From an uncultured virus (IMG/VR IMGVR_UViG_3300045923_000041) (lineage: Duplodnaviria > Heunggongvirae > Uroviricota > Caudoviricetes): a stretch of DNA of 64,000 nt. The translations under genes and the position numbers were made by a program. The stretch spans positions 1-64,000 of the IMG/VR virus record IMGVR_UViG_3300045923_000041; one strand, written 5' to 3'. This document shows positions 61,868 to 64,000 of the stretch, one piece after another. The first letter of the stretch is position 1. Each line of letters begins with the position of its first letter. The notes beneath the pieces were generated by a model. The model ran no database searches and was not told the DNA's origin. It saw nothing but the letters and a program-made list of their open reading frames with translations.

Positions 61868-64000
61868 TCAGAAAGTTGGCGTGGAAGCGCCGTCCCAAGG
61901 CCCGGCGCAGAACGTAGCGTTAGGGGAGGTGCCACTGGACAGTACAATCCATTTCAGGCTGTCCAACGTCTGATTGACTTGAAGACCCTGCGTGATCATC
62001 AGCCATCTGGGGGTCCCCTTGCGCGCTCGGGGCCAACCGGCTACACCGCCCATCCAAATCCAGACTGGCTCACGTACGTACGTAAGCGTGGGGGTAGTGG
62101 CGAGCTGGTCGGGGTACCCCCAGTTGACCTGGCACAGAGACCCCACCGCATAGTCGTACAGATACGCGGTGCTCATAGCGACCATGTAGTCACCAAACAC
62201 AGGGTTCCCGTTGACACCGTAAGGGTTATTCAGACCTCGACGCCTGAAACAACGCCACACCCCGTTATACGAGCCGTTCGTGAAGCACGTCTGGCCGAGG
62301 TTGTAGGAATCGATCGCAGAGGAGTTAACACTGAGGTTCTGAGTACGGTTGAAACCACTCAGAGTATACCCGCCGAAGGTTTGGGCGGCATACGGGTCGA
62401 GGTCCCCATCCTCTGTGTTGTCCAATCTTTGGAAACCTATGCCGACATACCCAGTCGATTGGCACGACTGGTAGTAGCCCCATGTGCCGTCTTGAGAGAC
62501 GCCCTGCTGCTCGATGTTGTTCGCGCACAAAAGCTGCGCTCGACCAGGGTTGGTAGGATTGAGGTTGCTGCACCAGTACGACGCACTCGTACCGACAGAA
62601 CCAGCCCCGCCTGTTCCGATGACGGCCATAGTCGCAGTCGCAAGTCCGCCGGGGCCTAGAGGGAAGCCGTTGGCAGTGGGGTTACCCGTAGAGCCCCCAG
62701 GACAGACAGTAGAAGACACCTGAGATAGAGCATTGGCCATCGTGGAGAACCGACCAGTCGATGTCGTCGTGGCGCCCTCAGTCGAAGTGCTCTGGTCGAT
62801 GCACTGGTAGTAAATGTGCCCTTGGGTAGCGTTGAGGCGCCACCAGACCATCTCACGAACGTAGGCGATCGGAGGACCAGCCGTGCTCGTTACTGTGGCC
62901 GCTGAAAAGGAGCCCGTGACCGTATCGGTAGTGGAGTTGTTCCACCCGTAGAGGTTGCCCGCCCAGCCGCTCGAACCTGTACCCACGACACGCGGAGCAA
63001 TGACCAAGAATCCCGTGCCGCCAGAGGAATCAGGCATGTACCCGAGAAGCTCGCCTTGAGCGCCCGTGCTCGACTGCGTGACGTTCTCACCGCGGATGAA
63101 GGTACCCGTCGAGACGTTCGTCCCGATCGGAATCTTCATGGTCGTTGGGCCTTGGAGACAAATCCACTGTCCGCCACCACCGGAACCCTGCAAGTAGCTC
63201 GGGTAGATGTGCTGTAGAGGATCGGTCTCAACCCATTGGAGATTGGGGTTGTTGCCGTCGCTGGCAACACCACCGGGGTTGTAGAGCAGGACGTTCGAAG
63301 CGCTCACGTACCCAGCGATCAGGAACGTACCGTTGTTGCCGCCCGCCAAGCTCGAAGGGTTGAGGATGGTGATTCGGCGCCCAACGTCCGCAGCCGTGAA
63401 GCCTGCGAAGGTTGACGTGGTGAAGTTGATGAGAGTGCTCGTCCCCGAGGTTACCGTAGAGAAGGCACCAATTGAGCCGTCGTTCCCACCGTACTGCTCT
63501 GTGATGGTCAGGCTGGTGTTACCGCTCTCCGCAACGAGCTGCGGTGCGTAAACGATGACCTGCGAGGAGGTCGCCGAGACGATACGGAAGCTGCCGTTGT
63601 TGTTACTGATCGAGCCTGTGATCGTAGCGTACCGCCCAGGCGAACCGTTGACCGTGAAGCCGGACACACCCGTGATCGTGGCCTGGCCCGTCGAACCGCT
63701 GGCCGCCCCGATGACAGCCGCACCGCTGCTCGCGCCACCACCGGACACGTTCGATAGGTGCACTGCTCCGCCAACACCCCAAAGGTCGAGCGCTGAGTTG
63801 CGCAAGAGTGCCCAGGTCAAGCCGGAGTCCGTCGATACGCCGCTGGTGTTGTAGATCGTGACCGAGGTCGCCGAGACGTACGAGGTGATGAGGAACGTGC
63901 CGTCGTTGCCGCCGTGCGAACCTCCCGAGATGGTGATGTACTGACCGACGCAACCGGGGGTCATGTTCGTCAGGCCACCCAACGTGACAGTGGGGCTTGA
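61868..64000 (-). CDS. virion/tail protein, 5' end outside the window
   Basis: Frame open to the window edge; three copies of the ITIxG...NNGTFxI module. Confidence 0.7.
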   Translation of the reverse strand, partial: SSPTVTLGGLTNMTPGCVGQYITISGGSHGGNDGTFLITSYVSATSVTIYNTSGVSTDSGLTWALLRNSALDLWGVGGAVHLSNVSGGGASSGAAVIGAASGSTGQATITGVSGFTVNGSPGRYATITGSISNNNGSFRIVSATSSQVIVYAPQLVAESGNTSLTITEQYGGNDGSIGAFSTVTSGTSTLINFTTSTFAGFTAADVGRRITILNPSSLAGGNNGTFLIAGYVSASNVLLYNPGGVASDGNNPNLQWVETDPLQHIYPSYLQGSGGGGQWICLQGPTTMKIPIGTNVSTGTFIRGENVTQSSTGAQGELLGYMPDSSGGTGFLVIAPRVVGTGSSGWAGNLYGWNNSTTDTVTGSFSAATVTSTAGPPIAYVREMVWWRLNATQGHIYYQCIDQSTSTEGATTTSTGRFSTMANALSQVSSTVCPGGSTGNPTANGFPLGPGGLATATMAVIGTGGAGSVGTSASYWCSNLNPTNPGRAQLLCANNIEQQGVSQDGTWGYYQSCQSTGYVGIGFQRLDNTEDGDLDPYAAQTFGGYTLSGFNRTQNLSVNSSAIDSYNLGQTCFTNGSYNGVWRCFRRRGLNNPYGVNGNPVFGDYMVAMSTAYLYDYAVGSLCQVNWGYPDQLATTPTLTYVREPVWIWMGGVAGWPRARKGTPRWLMITQGLQVNQTLDSLKWIVLSSGTSPNATFCAGPWDGASTPTF

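Noticed and set aside
1..64000. Stop-codon reassignment as seen in some large phages
   Set aside because: Standard-code ORFs are long and tightly packed, and TAG, TGA and TAA all end recognisable proteins at sensible positions

Overview
GC-rich, densely coded segment of a large tailed (jumbo-type) bacteriophage genome, almost all on the minus strand. No rRNA, tRNA, CRISPR array, integrase or transposase was seen. The left and middle parts (1-38 kb) hold small hypothetical genes, nucleotide and auxiliary metabolism genes (DHH phosphoesterase, SLOG protein, DUF1848, nitrilase-family hydrolase, ThyX, 5'(3')-deoxyribonucleotidase, NUDIX, SpeD), ClpX, and a Ycf46-like AAA+/DUF1257/DUF2997-like trio. 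They also hold a replication block (PolA-family polymerase, stand-alone CHC2 zinc finger, DnaB-like helicase, degenerate DnaC-like protein, SNF2 helicase). The right part (39-64 kb) encodes large baseplate/tail-like structural proteins built from shared modules. Patterns read directly from the sequence: (1) three distinct upstream motifs that look like separate promoter classes (GTTGATTC-N11-GGGTTGTAGT; CGGTGTA 9-13 nt before ATG; a weaker TCYWYYNAT box); (2) unrelated proteins sharing N-terminal RVAAR(Y/F)-like or YDRR tags, candidate capsid-targeting signals for injected cargo that includes two HExxH peptidases; (3) an antisense beta-propeller lipoprotein gene of myxobacterial appearance inside the tail cluster; (4) a holin-like/papain-like peptidase/lipoprotein cassette. 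Functional calls come from motif recognition by eye; no searches were run.
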